In this document: positions 29,552 through 39,253 of the stretch, piece by piece | How positions within the stretch are numbered: the stretch's first letter is position 1 | Layout: each line of letters begins with the position of its first letter | Source of the DNA: Candidatus Deferrimicrobiaceae bacterium | Lineage (GTDB): Bacteria; Desulfobacterota; Deferrimicrobia; Deferrimicrobiales; Deferrimicrobiaceae | Reading direction: 5' to 3' | DNA: 64,000 bases | Assembly: GCA_963725055.1 (NCBI GenBank) | Contig: CAVRXE010000008.1 | Span: forward strand, 53,568-117,567 | Translations under genes and position numbers: made by a program | Notes under the pieces: model-generated | What the model was told of the DNA's origin: nothing | Seen by the model: only the letters and a program-made list of their open reading frames with translations | Database searches by the model: none

Positions 29552-30502
29552 TCACTTAAGCGTCTTCAGGTATGCCATTACCGCGTCGATGTCCTCTTTC
29601 GATAGCGTGGCCTTGAACGTCGGCATCACGTTGGGGTACCCCTTCACGATCTTGGCCCCCGGCTCCACGATCGACTCCCGGAGGTACTCCTCGTCGGCCG
29701 TCACGCTCTGCCCCCCCTCGAGGGGAACCTTCGAACCGAACAGCCCGCGGAAATTGGGGCCGATCTTCTCCTTCCCCTCGACGGCGTGGCAGTTGAGGCA
29801 GCCGGCTCCCTTCACGACGCGCTCTCCCCGTTCGTGAAGAGGCCCTTTCCCCCCCGCCACCCCACCTGCGCCCCCACCGTGCTCGACCCACTCGGCGTAT
29901 TCGCTCGGGGGCATCACGATCAGCTGGGCCAGCATGTTCGAATGGCCGGTCCCGCAGTAGACCGTACAGTAGATTTGATAGCTGCCCGGCCGGTCCGGTT
30001 GCACCCAAAGGGTGGTCACCCTGCCGGGGATCATGTCCATCTTCACACGGAAATCCGGCAGGTAGAATCCGTGGAGGACGTCGGCCGCGGAGAGGATGAA
30101 CTTCACCGGCTTGCCCGCCGGTACGCGGATCTCGTTGATCGCGGTCCGCCCGTCGGGGTACTTGATCTCGTACATCCACTGCCGCCCCGTGACGTACACC
30201 TCCGTCGCCCCGGCGGTGGGGATTCGCAGATCGGTGTAGACCCGCCAGCCGTAGTAGAAGATGGCCACGACGACGAGGGACGGGATCAGGATCCAGAGGA
30301 ACTCGAGCAGGTGATTCCCCGTAATGAAGGGCGTCACGTTGTCCCGGTCCGGGAGGCGACGGCGGTACTTCACAGCAAAATAGATCAGAATCCCTTGGGT
30401 GAGAAAAAAGAAAAATACGCCGACGACGAGGATCAGCAGGAAAACGGCATCGACCCGGGCCGCTTGGACGGAGGCCGCACCGAACGCAAGGACGTTGTCC
30501 AT
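29552..30502 (-). CDS. ctaC: Cytochrome c oxidase subunit II with a fused C-terminal cytochrome c domain (caa3 type)
   Basis: Two N-terminal TM helices and the CuA site YCTVYCGTGHSNM. The C-terminal CLNCH heme c motif has a downstream Met (YPNVMP). Confidence 0.85.
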   Translation of the reverse strand: MDNVLAFGAASVQAARVDAVFLLILVVGVFFFFLTQGILIYFAVKYRRRLPDRDNVTPFITGNHLLEFLWILIPSLVVVAIFYYGWRVYTDLRIPTAGATEVYVTGRQWMYEIKYPDGRTAINEIRVPAGKPVKFILSAADVLHGFYLPDFRVKMDMIPGRVTTLWVQPDRPGSYQIYCTVYCGTGHSNMLAQLIVMPPSEYAEWVEHGGGAGGVAGGKGPLHERGERVVKGAGCLNCHAVEGKEKIGPNFRGLFGSKVPLEGGQSVTADEEYLRESIVEPGAKIVKGYPNVMPTFKATLSKEDIDAVMAYLKTLK

Positions 30503-31344
30503 CACTCCCCTTTCCCCCGGGGTCCCGCCGTTCTCCCGTACTTTCTCCACAGGACGACCAGAAGCCCCGCGAGCAGGATCAGTGTCACCGCACCCGCCGC
30601 CTTCATGATGTTGCGGGCGTACAGGATGTACTTCTTCGCGACCGGATCGTACCTGAAACAGTACATTAGAAGCGTGTTTCCCGCGGTGGATTCGCCGATT
30701 TTTCCTTCCGACGCCTCGATCAGCGCGAGTTTCAGGTCCCGGGGGTCGATCTCGACCCCGTACAGATATCGGGAGACCGTGCCGGCGGGCGAAAGGACGA
30801 CCATCGCGGCAGGGTGGGCAAACTCCCGGCCGACTTTGGCGTAGCGGTACCCTACGCTCTCCGTCAGCCGACGGATCGATTCGGCACTCCCGTACAGGAA
30901 CGGCCACCGTGCGTCCGCTTTCCTCACGCCCGGCATAAATGCGTGCGTCTCGGTCGCCTTCGCGCGGACGATCTCCGGGATCTCGTCCGGGTCGATGCTT
31001 ACCGTGACAACGCGGTAATCTCTCTCCAGGGAAAACCCTTTCACATGCTCCATCGTTGCGGCGAGGTTTCGGAACGTCAGAGGACAGAGCATCGGACATG
31101 TGTAGTAATTGAGGGTGAGGAGGACCGGGCCGTCGCCGAGATAATCCGCCAGCCGGACCGGTTTCCCGGTTGCGTCGGTGAACGGAAGGTCGCGCGGAAT
31201 CGCCACGCCGGGCTTTTCGTCCACACCTACCTTCTGCAGGGCGGCATCCTGCGGGTCGGCCGCGGGCGCCGCAACGGGGAGAAGCATCAAAAGGACGCAA
31301 GGCAAAACGTGGCGGAGGACACTCCTTCCCTTCATCCGGCTCAT
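30502..31344 (-). CDS. SCO1/SenC copper chaperone for oxidase assembly
   Basis: Signal peptide and the thioredoxin-like CPMLCP motif (SCO CxxxCP). Confidence 0.75.
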   Translation of the reverse strand: MSRMKGRSVLRHVLPCVLLMLLPVAAPAADPQDAALQKVGVDEKPGVAIPRDLPFTDATGKPVRLADYLGDGPVLLTLNYYTCPMLCPLTFRNLAATMEHVKGFSLERDYRVVTVSIDPDEIPEIVRAKATETHAFMPGVRKADARWPFLYGSAESIRRLTESVGYRYAKVGREFAHPAAMVVLSPAGTVSRYLYGVEIDPRDLKLALIEASEGKIGESTAGNTLLMYCFRYDPVAKKYILYARNIMKAAGAVTLILLAGLLVVLWRKYGRTAGPRGKGE

Positions 31345-32753
31345 ACGATCAGCGGCTGGCCGGGCGAGGGGACCTGCGCGCCCCACCCGAGCTTCCCTTT
31401 CAGCGTACCGGCGAATTCGAGGGAGACCGCCTCCTCGCCGTGGGCCACGAAGACGTTTCCGGGGGGAGCCTCGAATCGCCCCGCCCACGCCAGGAGGTCC
31501 TCCCGGTCGGCGTGCGCCGACAGGCCGCCGATCGTGTAGACGTCCGCGGCCACGGCGATCTCCTCCCCGAAAACCCGCACCCGTTTCGCGCCGTCGACGA
31601 TCTTCCGGCCGAGGGTCCCCTGGGCCTGGAACCCGACGATGATGACGCTGCACTCCTTCCGCCACAGGTTGTGCTTCAGGTGGTGCTTGATCCTCCCCGC
31701 CTCGCACATCCCGCTCCCCGCCAACAGGATCGCCCCCCCGCGCAAGGAGTTCAACGCCATGGACTCCTCCATGTTCTTGACCAGAATGACCTCCAGCGCG
31801 TCGGGGTGGGCGTCCCGCCACGCGAAGAGCTCCCGCGTCTCCTCGTCATAGCACTCGGGGTGGCGCATGGTGATCCGCGTCGCCTCCGCCGCCAACGGGG
31901 AGTCGATGTACAACGTGATCCCGGACAGGCGCCCCTTCCGCGTCAGGTCGGTGAGGAGGTACAGGATGTCCTGGGCCCGGCCCACCGCAAACGCCGGGAT
32001 GACGACGTTCCCCTTCTTCCGGCGGAGCGTGTCGTAGACCGCGTGGACGAACTCCTCCACCGTCTCCTCCATCCCCTTGTGGACCCGGTTGCCGTACGTC
32101 GACTCGATGACGAGGGCGTCGGCCCGCGGGACGGGGGCGGGATCGCGGACGATCGGCAAGCCCCGGTGGCCGAGGTCGCCGGAGAAGACCAGTTTCTTTT
32201 CCTTCCCCCCGTCCTCGACGGCCACGGTGACGATCGCCGAGCCGAGGATGTGCCCCGCGTCGAGGAAGGCGGCGGAGACCCCCGGCCCGGGAGCGATCGG
32301 TTTCCCGTAAGGTACGGGGCGCAGCGCCGGGAGGACGGCCAGCGCGTCCGCCTCGGTGTAGAGCGGGGAGACCTCCCGCTTCCCTCCCCGCTCCCGCTTC
32401 CGGGTTTGCCACTCCGCCTCCTTCTCCTGGATGTGCCCCGCGTCGGGAAGCATCACCCCGAGGAGGTCGGCGGTGGCGGAGGTGCAGTGGATGGGGCCTC
32501 GAAAACCGTCCCGCACGAGCTTCGGGAGCAGGCCGGAGTGGTCGATGTGTGCGTGGGTCGAGAGGACGAAGTCGATCGACGCCGGGGGGACCGGCATCCG
32601 GCGGGCGTTCTTCCGGTCGCTCTCCCCTCCCCCCTGGAACATCCCGCAATCGACGAGGAACCGGTTGCGCGCCGTCTGCACGAGGATGCAGGAGCCCGTG
32701 ACCTCCCGCGCGGCGCCAAGGAACGTCAGGGTGACGCTCATTGGACCATCCAT
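31341..32753 (-). CDS. Metallo-beta-lactamase-fold beta-CASP ribonuclease (RNase J / CPSF-like)
   Basis: The HAHIDHSG zinc motif, then beta-CASP and RMMBL-like C-terminal regions. Confidence 0.75.
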   Translation of the reverse strand: MDGPMSVTLTFLGAAREVTGSCILVQTARNRFLVDCGMFQGGGESDRKNARRMPVPPASIDFVLSTHAHIDHSGLLPKLVRDGFRGPIHCTSATADLLGVMLPDAGHIQEKEAEWQTRKRERGGKREVSPLYTEADALAVLPALRPVPYGKPIAPGPGVSAAFLDAGHILGSAIVTVAVEDGGKEKKLVFSGDLGHRGLPIVRDPAPVPRADALVIESTYGNRVHKGMEETVEEFVHAVYDTLRRKKGNVVIPAFAVGRAQDILYLLTDLTRKGRLSGITLYIDSPLAAEATRITMRHPECYDEETRELFAWRDAHPDALEVILVKNMEESMALNSLRGGAILLAGSGMCEAGRIKHHLKHNLWRKECSVIIVGFQAQGTLGRKIVDGAKRVRVFGEEIAVAADVYTIGGLSAHADREDLLAWAGRFEAPPGNVFVAHGEEAVSLEFAGTLKGKLGWGAQVPSPGQPLIV

Positions 32754-33076
32754 GTGAGGATCCAGGAAACGATCGAGAGGAGGATGGAGCCGACCACCGC
32801 CCCGAGGAACCCGTTTACATGGAAGCCGGGGACGAAGACGGTGACCAGCCACAGGAGCAGCCCGTTGATCACGAGGAGGAATACCCCGAGCGTCACCACC
32901 GTGATGGGAAGGGTCAGCAGCACGAAGAGGGGCCGGACGACCGCGTTCACCAGCCCCAGCACGAAGGCGGCGGCCAGCGCCGCCATCACCCCGTCCACGC
33001 TGACGACCTGCGGCAGCAGATACCCGATCAGCAGGAGCGCGACCGCGTTTGCGATCATCCGGATGAAGAACGGCAT
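32738..33076 (-). CDS. Small 4-TM membrane protein (phage holin superfamily IV / YvlD-like)
   Basis: 112-aa hydrophobic protein. Its stop overlaps the RNase start by 16 nt. Confidence 0.45.
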   Translation of the reverse strand: MPFFIRMIANAVALLLIGYLLPQVVSVDGVMAALAAAFVLGLVNAVVRPLFVLLTLPITVVTLGVFLLVINGLLLWLVTVFVPGFHVNGFLGAVVGSILLSIVSWILTWMVQ

Positions 33077-33139
33077 GGAGTTCCCCCTTTCTATCTTCAT
33101 CGATTACGGGAAGTATACCCACGACACCAAGTCCCAGTT

Positions 33140-33430
33140 AAGGGTCGCCCGGTTGCCGCTTCTCCGCAGAGGGGCTCACCGCTCATCCATACTTGCAACC
33201 ATATTGTGCTTCGGTGCTCGCGGGGGGCGTCCACTCCGCTACGTTCGCGATCTTCGCCCGCTCACTGCGATTCCGCTCGACGCAAGCTCTGCCTCGCTCC
33301 ATACCCGCTTCGTGGAACCCCCCGCTGTGCCCTCCGCACCTTGTTGTCACAACTCCGCTTTCGCGAAGATTTCGGCGAACAGGTGTCCCCCCCTGCGTCG
33401 AGCGCTCCGCGGTGGCGGCCCACCGCACGC
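33140..33430. repeat. GC-rich non-coding element; its 5-prime 35 bp and an internal segment recur at 43985-44220
   Basis: ccgcttctccgcagaggggctcaccgctcatcc here matches ccgcttctccgcaggggggctccccgctcgcatcc at 43991. tcccccctgcgtcgagcgctccgcggtggc matches acccccctgcttcgtgcgcttcgcactgcgggtggc. No convincing protein frame. Confidence 0.3.
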
Positions 33431-34675
33431 TCAGTGAGCTTTCGGCTTCGGCATCCGGAAGAAGGTCAGCGGCAGCGTTTTCTCCTCCCCGCCGCGGCGG
33501 ACGGTGACCTGCGCCGTGTCCCCGTCCCGCTTCTCGCCGACCCGGAAGAGGACGTCGACGGGTTCCTTCACCGGCTGCCCGTCGAGCGCGAGGAGCTCGT
33601 CTCCCTTCGCGATCCCGGCGACCTCCGCCGGGGACCCCGTCGCGACGGATGCGACGAGCAGGCGCCCCTCCTTCTCCTCCATCCGGACCCCCATGCGGAC
33701 CCGCTTCTCCTCGATGCTGTCAAACGGGACATACCAGAGGAAATGGGCCGGGAGCAGCGGTACCTCGGGAAGATCCACCTGCATCAGCCGGCCCTCCTTC
33801 TGCTCCGGGGTGCTGATCTCCTCGGGGAGCAGGATCGCATACGGCATCGGCATGCGCCGGATCACCTTCTTCGGGAGGCCGAATCCGTATTTCACGTGCC
33901 AGCCGCCGGTGATCGTCACCATCCGTTTCCCCTCCCCCCGGGGGCTCTTCAGGTAATCGACCACCTTCTGCGCCATCGTCTCCTCCCAGAGGAGCTGGAC
34001 GCGGAGGAAAGAGTCGAACGCTTCGTCCCCACCCCCGTGGCCGGCGTGCCCCGCGAAAACGCCACGCAGGACGGCGCGTTGCCACGGATCGGTCTCGCCG
34101 ATCTCCGGGAGATTCCGGCGAAGGTCCTCCGGAACGTTGTCGAGCCCCGTCCGGCGGATCGCCTCCTGCAGCTCCTTCGACGGATTGAGGGCGACCACGT
34201 CGATCCGGTTCTCCTTCGCGAAGAGGAGCAGGTCCCGGTAGGCGCCGAAGTCGTACCCCCACGTCTCGTACCACTTCGACTCCTTCAGGAATTCGAGCTC
34301 CGTGAGGCCCCCCTTCACCCACCGGTCGAGAACCGCCTGCTGCGGCTCCCGGAACATCTCCATCCCGACGGCGACCTTCCCGGCGAAACGGCGATGGAGC
34401 TCGCGGACGACGGTCAGCTCGACCCGCTGGTCGTTCAGGTTGTCGTGCGTCTCCCCAACACACACCAGGCGCGCGCCGGAGAGCATTTCCACCATTCCGT
34501 CGATGGAAAGCCGCAGGCCCGTGGGGAGGTGGAGGATCTCCTCCACCTTCGGCGGGGCGGAGGGGGGGTACGGCATCTCCGCACTCCCCGTCATCGCGGC
34601 GCGGTTCGCGGCGCAACCCGCAAGGAGCAGGGACATGACCAGTGGGATCCACAGCGTTTTCCGGTCGGGGCGCAA
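33431..34675 (-). CDS. ChaN-family (haem-binding uptake-like) lipoprotein with a C-terminal PDZ domain
   Basis: Lipobox LLLAGC and a ChaN-like core (VCVGETHDN...). C-terminal PDZ (GSPAEVAGIAKGDELLALDG). Confidence 0.55.
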   Translation of the reverse strand: MRPDRKTLWIPLVMSLLLAGCAANRAAMTGSAEMPYPPSAPPKVEEILHLPTGLRLSIDGMVEMLSGARLVCVGETHDNLNDQRVELTVVRELHRRFAGKVAVGMEMFREPQQAVLDRWVKGGLTELEFLKESKWYETWGYDFGAYRDLLLFAKENRIDVVALNPSKELQEAIRRTGLDNVPEDLRRNLPEIGETDPWQRAVLRGVFAGHAGHGGGDEAFDSFLRVQLLWEETMAQKVVDYLKSPRGEGKRMVTITGGWHVKYGFGLPKKVIRRMPMPYAILLPEEISTPEQKEGRLMQVDLPEVPLLPAHFLWYVPFDSIEEKRVRMGVRMEEKEGRLLVASVATGSPAEVAGIAKGDELLALDGQPVKEPVDVLFRVGEKRDGDTAQVTVRRGGEEKTLPLTFFRMPKPKAH

Positions 34676-34791
34676 GGGTTCCTCCGGGGGGTCCGGTCGG
34701 ATGCAACCCCCGTCAGGGGGCCTCGTAGCCCACCGACGCGGCGGACTCGCGCACGGAGATCACGACGCGCCTGATCATCAGGTGCCTTCCT

Positions 34792-35424
34792 TCACGCTCC
34801 GGACTGCTTCCGGACGGTTTCCTTCAGCTGCTTCGTCATTTCCTCGAAGGAGGATTTCTGGAGGATCCCCGCGAACTGGGACCGGTAGTTGTTCACGAGA
34901 CTCACCCCTTCGATGACGATGTCGTATACCCGCCACCGGCTCCCGTCCGCAAGGAGTCGGTAGTCCACGGAGAATTCCTGCCCCTGCGGGGTGACGACCG
35001 CGGTCTTGACCTCCGCGTACGGCAGGTCCAACGACTCCTTCCCGAACACGATCTTCTCCCCCTTGTACCCTTCGATCTTCCCGGCATAGGAGTTCTCGAG
35101 GAGGTCCGTGAACAGTTTCACGAACTCCTGCCGCTCCTGCGGGGTCCGGTTCTTCCAGTGGACGCCCAGGGACCGCCGGGACATCTCCTCGAAGTTGAAG
35201 TAGGGGAAGAGCTCTTTCCGGAGCAGGGCGCGGCGCTCCGGCTTCTTCGCGTCCCCCTGCAGGTCGGTCCGCTGGGTGATCGCCAGCCCCCGTTCGATCG
35301 CCCCGCGGATCTGCTCCGTGGGCTGGCCGCCCCGGGCAACGCCGGGCGTGCACAGGGCGATCGCCAGGAGCGTCGCGACCCACGCGACCCCTCCCCGCCC
35401 CGATCCCCGCGACCCCGGAATCAC
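34792..35424 (-). CDS. mlaC: Phospholipid-binding periplasmic protein MlaC (Ttg2D family)
   Basis: Signal peptide plus MlaC-like core (FPYFNFEEMSRRSLGVHW...SVDYRL). Position in the mla operon. Confidence 0.7.
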   Translation of the reverse strand: MIPGSRGSGRGGVAWVATLLAIALCTPGVARGGQPTEQIRGAIERGLAITQRTDLQGDAKKPERRALLRKELFPYFNFEEMSRRSLGVHWKNRTPQERQEFVKLFTDLLENSYAGKIEGYKGEKIVFGKESLDLPYAEVKTAVVTPQGQEFSVDYRLLADGSRWRVYDIVIEGVSLVNNYRSQFAGILQKSSFEEMTKQLKETVRKQSGA

Positions 35425-35864
35425 TTCGCGCTCCCGTGCACGAGCTGCCCGATGATCCCCTCGAGGTCCACCGCCGATTCGGTTTCCCGGAACTTCCCGC
35501 CCGGCGGGATCAGGCGGTCCGACGCCCCCGGGGAGATGCTGATGTACTTGTCCCCGATCAGCCCCCGGGTGCGGACGGAGGCGATCGCGTCCTCCTGCAG
35601 GACGATCCCCTTCCGGATCTCCATCCCCACGACCGCCTTGTAGTCCCGGATCGTGATGGAGCCGATCTTGCCGACCTCGACTCCCGCGATCTCGACGCTG
35701 GCGCCGGGCCGCAGGCCCGTGACGGAGCTGAACTCCGCGACCACGGGCACGCGGTCGCCCCCGACGACCTCGAGCTTCCCCAGCCGGAGGGAGAGATACC
35801 CCAGGCAGGCGATTCCCACCAGGAGGAACAGCCCCACCGCCGTTTCGGTCTTTCCCCTCTTCAT
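35421..35864 (-). CDS. mlaD: MCE-domain protein MlaD
   Basis: N-terminal TM helix plus a single MCE domain (VVAEFSSVTGLRPGASVEIAGVEVGKI). Confidence 0.8.
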   Translation of the reverse strand: MKRGKTETAVGLFLLVGIACLGYLSLRLGKLEVVGGDRVPVVAEFSSVTGLRPGASVEIAGVEVGKIGSITIRDYKAVVGMEIRKGIVLQEDAIASVRTRGLIGDKYISISPGASDRLIPPGGKFRETESAVDLEGIIGQLVHGSAK

Positions 35865-35883
35865 CCCTTCGCTCCCTCCCTGC

Positions 35884-36741
35884 TCACATTATCTGCACGG
35901 GGCCGAAGATGTCCCCCTCGACCAGCTGACGGACGAAGGGATTGGCGGAGTTCTGTATCTCCGACGGGTTCCCCACCTCGACCACCTTTCCGTTGTGGAC
36001 CACGACGACGTGGTGGCACCAATGAAAGATGTCCGGGATGTCGTGGCTGATCATCACCATCGTGAAATGTTCCTCGTGGTAGGTCCGGCAGATGAGGTTG
36101 AGGATGGAGTTCCGGATGATGGGGTCCAGCCCCGTGGTGGGCTCGTCGAACAACAGGATCTCCGGGTCCATCACCACCGCCCGCGCCAGGGCCGCACGCC
36201 GGACCATCCCGCCGGAGAGCTCGTCGGGGAACTTCTCCTCCGCCTCTTCCAGCCCCACGTGGCGGAGGATCCGGTGGACCTTCTCCCGGATCTCCCCTTC
36301 GGCCAATTCCGTCTTCTCCCGGAGGGGGAACGCCACGTTTTCGAACACGGTCAGGGTGTCGAACAGGGCCCCGGTCTGGAAAAGCATCCCGAACCGCTTC
36401 CGGGCCTCGCTGAGGCCCTGCCGGGACAACCGGTTGATGTCGACCCCGTCCAGGAGCACCTGCCCCCGGTCCGGCTTCATCAGCCCGATCATGTGCTTGA
36501 GCAGCAGGGATTTCCCCGCGCCGGAGAGGCCGATGATCGCCGTGATCTGGCCCCGGGAAATCTCGAGATTGGCCCCGTCGAGAACCTTCCTGCCGTCGAG
36601 GGTCTTCTCCACGTCGACCAGCCGAAGGATCGGCTCCCGGCTGCCGCCCGTGTACGGCTCGAGGGAGCAGGGCTCGCAGATCCCCCCCTTCCCGTCGGAC
36701 GCGCGATGGGCAACGGTCTTTCCGTGAACGCCGTCGTTCAT
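35884..36741 (-). CDS. mlaF: ABC transporter ATP-binding protein MlaF
   Basis: Walker A GLSGAGKS, signature LSGGMVRRAALARA, Walker B LLFDEPTTGLD. Confidence 0.85.
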   Translation of the reverse strand: MNDGVHGKTVAHRASDGKGGICEPCSLEPYTGGSREPILRLVDVEKTLDGRKVLDGANLEISRGQITAIIGLSGAGKSLLLKHMIGLMKPDRGQVLLDGVDINRLSRQGLSEARKRFGMLFQTGALFDTLTVFENVAFPLREKTELAEGEIREKVHRILRHVGLEEAEEKFPDELSGGMVRRAALARAVVMDPEILLFDEPTTGLDPIIRNSILNLICRTYHEEHFTMVMISHDIPDIFHWCHHVVVVHNGKVVEVGNPSEIQNSANPFVRQLVEGDIFGPVQIM

Positions 36742-36788
36742 TTCGCCTCCATCTTTGCCGGGGGTCTCCCGATCCACTCCTGCCAATC

Positions 36789-37562
36789 CTATTGGAGCAC
36801 CGAGGTGAGGACATAGTCGCAGACCAGGACGAGCACCGAGGAGACGACGACGGCCGACGTGGTCGCCTGGCTCACACCTTCCGCCCCGCGCCGCGTGAAG
36901 TACCCCTTGAACGTGCAGACCCACGCAATGAGAAGGGCGAAAACGAGGGATTTCCAGATCCCTTGGGTGACGTCACCCAGTACCACGCTGGCTTCCATCT
37001 GCCCGAGGTAGACCCCCGCGTTCACGCCCAGGAGCTTCACGCCGACCAGGTACCCCCCGTAGATCCCTACCACGTCGAAGATCGCCGTCAGCAGCGGCAC
37101 GGACAGCAGGAATCCGAGGAGGCGGGGCGCCACGAGGAACCGGATCGGGTCGATCCCCATCGTCTCGATGGAGTCGATCTGCTCCCCGATGCGCATGATG
37201 CCGATCTCCGCCGTCAGTGCGGAACCGGCCCGCCCGGTCACCAACAGGGCGGAGAGGACCGGACCCAGCCCTCGGATGAGGGAGAGCGCCACCAGGGAGC
37301 CGAGCACCCCTTCCGAGCCGAACTTGCGGAGGGTGTAATATCCCTGGAGCGCCAGGACCATCCCGGTGAAGGCGGCCGTCAGGACGATGACGAACACCGA
37401 CTTCACACCGATGAAGTGGATCTGCTTCACGATGTTGCGGCCCCGGTACGGCGGGACCGCCGCGCGGGCCAGGGAGGCGCCGAGAAACAGCCCCATTTCC
37501 CCGATGGACCTCGTGGCGCGGATCGCACGGGCCCCGAGCGCCTCCGCGATGGAAAGAACCAT
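36789..37562 (-). CDS. mlaE: ABC transporter permease MlaE
   Basis: Multi-TM permease of the MlaE/Ttg2B family. Start at the internal ATG following a junk N-terminal extension. Confidence 0.8.
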   Translation of the reverse strand: MVLSIAEALGARAIRATRSIGEMGLFLGASLARAAVPPYRGRNIVKQIHFIGVKSVFVIVLTAAFTGMVLALQGYYTLRKFGSEGVLGSLVALSLIRGLGPVLSALLVTGRAGSALTAEIGIMRIGEQIDSIETMGIDPIRFLVAPRLLGFLLSVPLLTAIFDVVGIYGGYLVGVKLLGVNAGVYLGQMEASVVLGDVTQGIWKSLVFALLIAWVCTFKGYFTRRGAEGVSQATTSAVVVSSVLVLVCDYVLTSVLQ

Positions 37563-37730
37563 CCAACCACCCCTTGCGCCGGGCGTCCCGCCGGCGCCCG
37601 ATTCCGGACGCACAGACATTCCACACAGAACCGATTATAGATAGCGGCGGCCCCCCGAGGTTGCTATTTATTTCGAAACTGCGGGGGGAACCGGGGAATT
37701 TATTTTATTGTACTATGCGGGAGGAGACCG

Positions 37731-38628
37731 ATGGGAGCCAGGGACCTGCGCCGTAGTATCGCCATCCTTGCCGCAGCCATCCTGTTGGCTGCGTCGGGGG
37801 AATCCTACGGCGCCGGACCCGGAGAGCAACCCGGGACGTCGGAACCGTCCCCTGTCGCGGACAACGAGCTGTTCAGGACATCCTCGGTCTCCCCGCTCCC
37901 CTCCCGGCAAGGCGGACCTCTCCTCTTCCCCGGACAACGCGGCAGCACAGGACAACACCGCCAACGCCTCCACCGGGGAGGAAGTGGAGATTCGGGAGCC
38001 CTCCTTCGGAGGGGGGTCTCCCGCCCCCGAGGTTTCTGACCCTATCGAGCCGGTCAACCGGGGGATCTTCTACGTGAACGACAAGCTGTACCGGTGGGTC
38101 CTCAAACCGGTGGCGAAGGGGTACAAGTACGTGGTGCCGGACCCCGTGCGGGTTTCCGTGCGCGACTTCTTCCTCAACCTGGGCACGCCGATCCGGGCCG
38201 TGAACGCCCTCCTGCAGGGGAAGTTCGGGGACACGGGAACGGAACTGGCCCGGTTCGGGATCAACTCGACGATCGGGATGGCGGGCCTGTTCGACGCGGC
38301 GAAGGAATTCCACCTCACCCGGAAGGACGAGGACACCGGCCAGACGCTCGGCGTGTACGGCCTCGGCCCGGGGTTCTACCTGGTCCTCCCGATCCTGGGC
38401 CCCTCGGACGCCCGGGACGCCGTCGGCCTGGTGGGCGATACCTACCTGGACCCCCTCACGTACCTGCTCAACTTCAAATGGGCCCTTGCCGCGCAATTCG
38501 TCCGGTCTCAAACCGACCTGACGTTCCGCATCAATGAGTACGAGGAACTGACCGACGCCGCGGTAGACCCGTACGCGGCGGTGAAGGACTTCTACCTCCA
38601 GTACCGGGCGAAGAAGATCAAGGAGTAG
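37731..38628 (+). CDS. mlaA: MlaA/VacJ outer-membrane lipoprotein, apparently frameshifted in a C-rich run at about 37888-37905
   Basis: The signal peptide (MGARDLRRSIAILAAAILLAASG) is in frame A. The conserved VacJ core (NRGIFYVNDKLYRWVLKPVAKGY...TIGMAGLFD...) is in frame A+1. The junction lies in tccccgctcccctcccggc. Confidence 0.7.
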
Positions 38629-38631
38629 CCG

Positions 38632-39237
38632 GTGATCCGCGGCGTCATCTTCGACTTCGGCAACGTCATCGCCTCCTTCGACGTGGAGATTTTCCTCGGG
38701 AAACTTCGTGACTGGTCGGGGATCGAGGCGGGGACCCTCCGGGAGCGGATTTACGGGTCAGGACTCCACTCCCGGTACGAACGCGGCGACATCTCCTCGG
38801 AGAGGTTCTACCGCGAGATTTCCCGTCTGACCGGAGCCCGTGTTTCCGCCGAGGAGTTCGCGGAAGGATTCACCGACATCTTCACCCCCCTCGATTCCAC
38901 GCAGGGACTGATCCGGGCGCTCAAGGGGAAGTACCGGCTCGGTCTGCTCTCCAACACGAACGAGTGGCACTTTCTGCGGCACATCCGAAAGGTGCCCATC
39001 TTCCCTCTCTTCGACGCCGTGACCCTCTCGTTCGAGGTCGGCGCCCTGAAGCCGGAGCCGGAGATCTACCTCGACGCCCTGCGCAAGCTCTCCCTCCCCC
39101 CGGAGGAGTGCGTTTTCATCGACGACATCGGGAAGTACGCGGAAGGCGCCGCCGCGCTCGGAATCCGGGGGATCCGGTACACCAATCACGCGGATCTGCT
39201 CCGGGCGCTCTCCGGTCTCGGCGTCGTCCCGCCGTAG
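38632..39237 (+). CDS. HAD-superfamily hydrolase (subfamily IA)
   Basis: Motif I VIFDFGNV. Motif III K near LKPEPEIY. Motif IV FIDDIGK. Confidence 0.75.
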   Translation: MIRGVIFDFGNVIASFDVEIFLGKLRDWSGIEAGTLRERIYGSGLHSRYERGDISSERFYREISRLTGARVSAEEFAEGFTDIFTPLDSTQGLIRALKGKYRLGLLSNTNEWHFLRHIRKVPIFPLFDAVTLSFEVGALKPEPEIYLDALRKLSLPPEECVFIDDIGKYAEGAAALGIRGIRYTNHADLLRALSGLGVVPP

Positions 39238-39253
39238 AGATCGGTCCGCCGGA

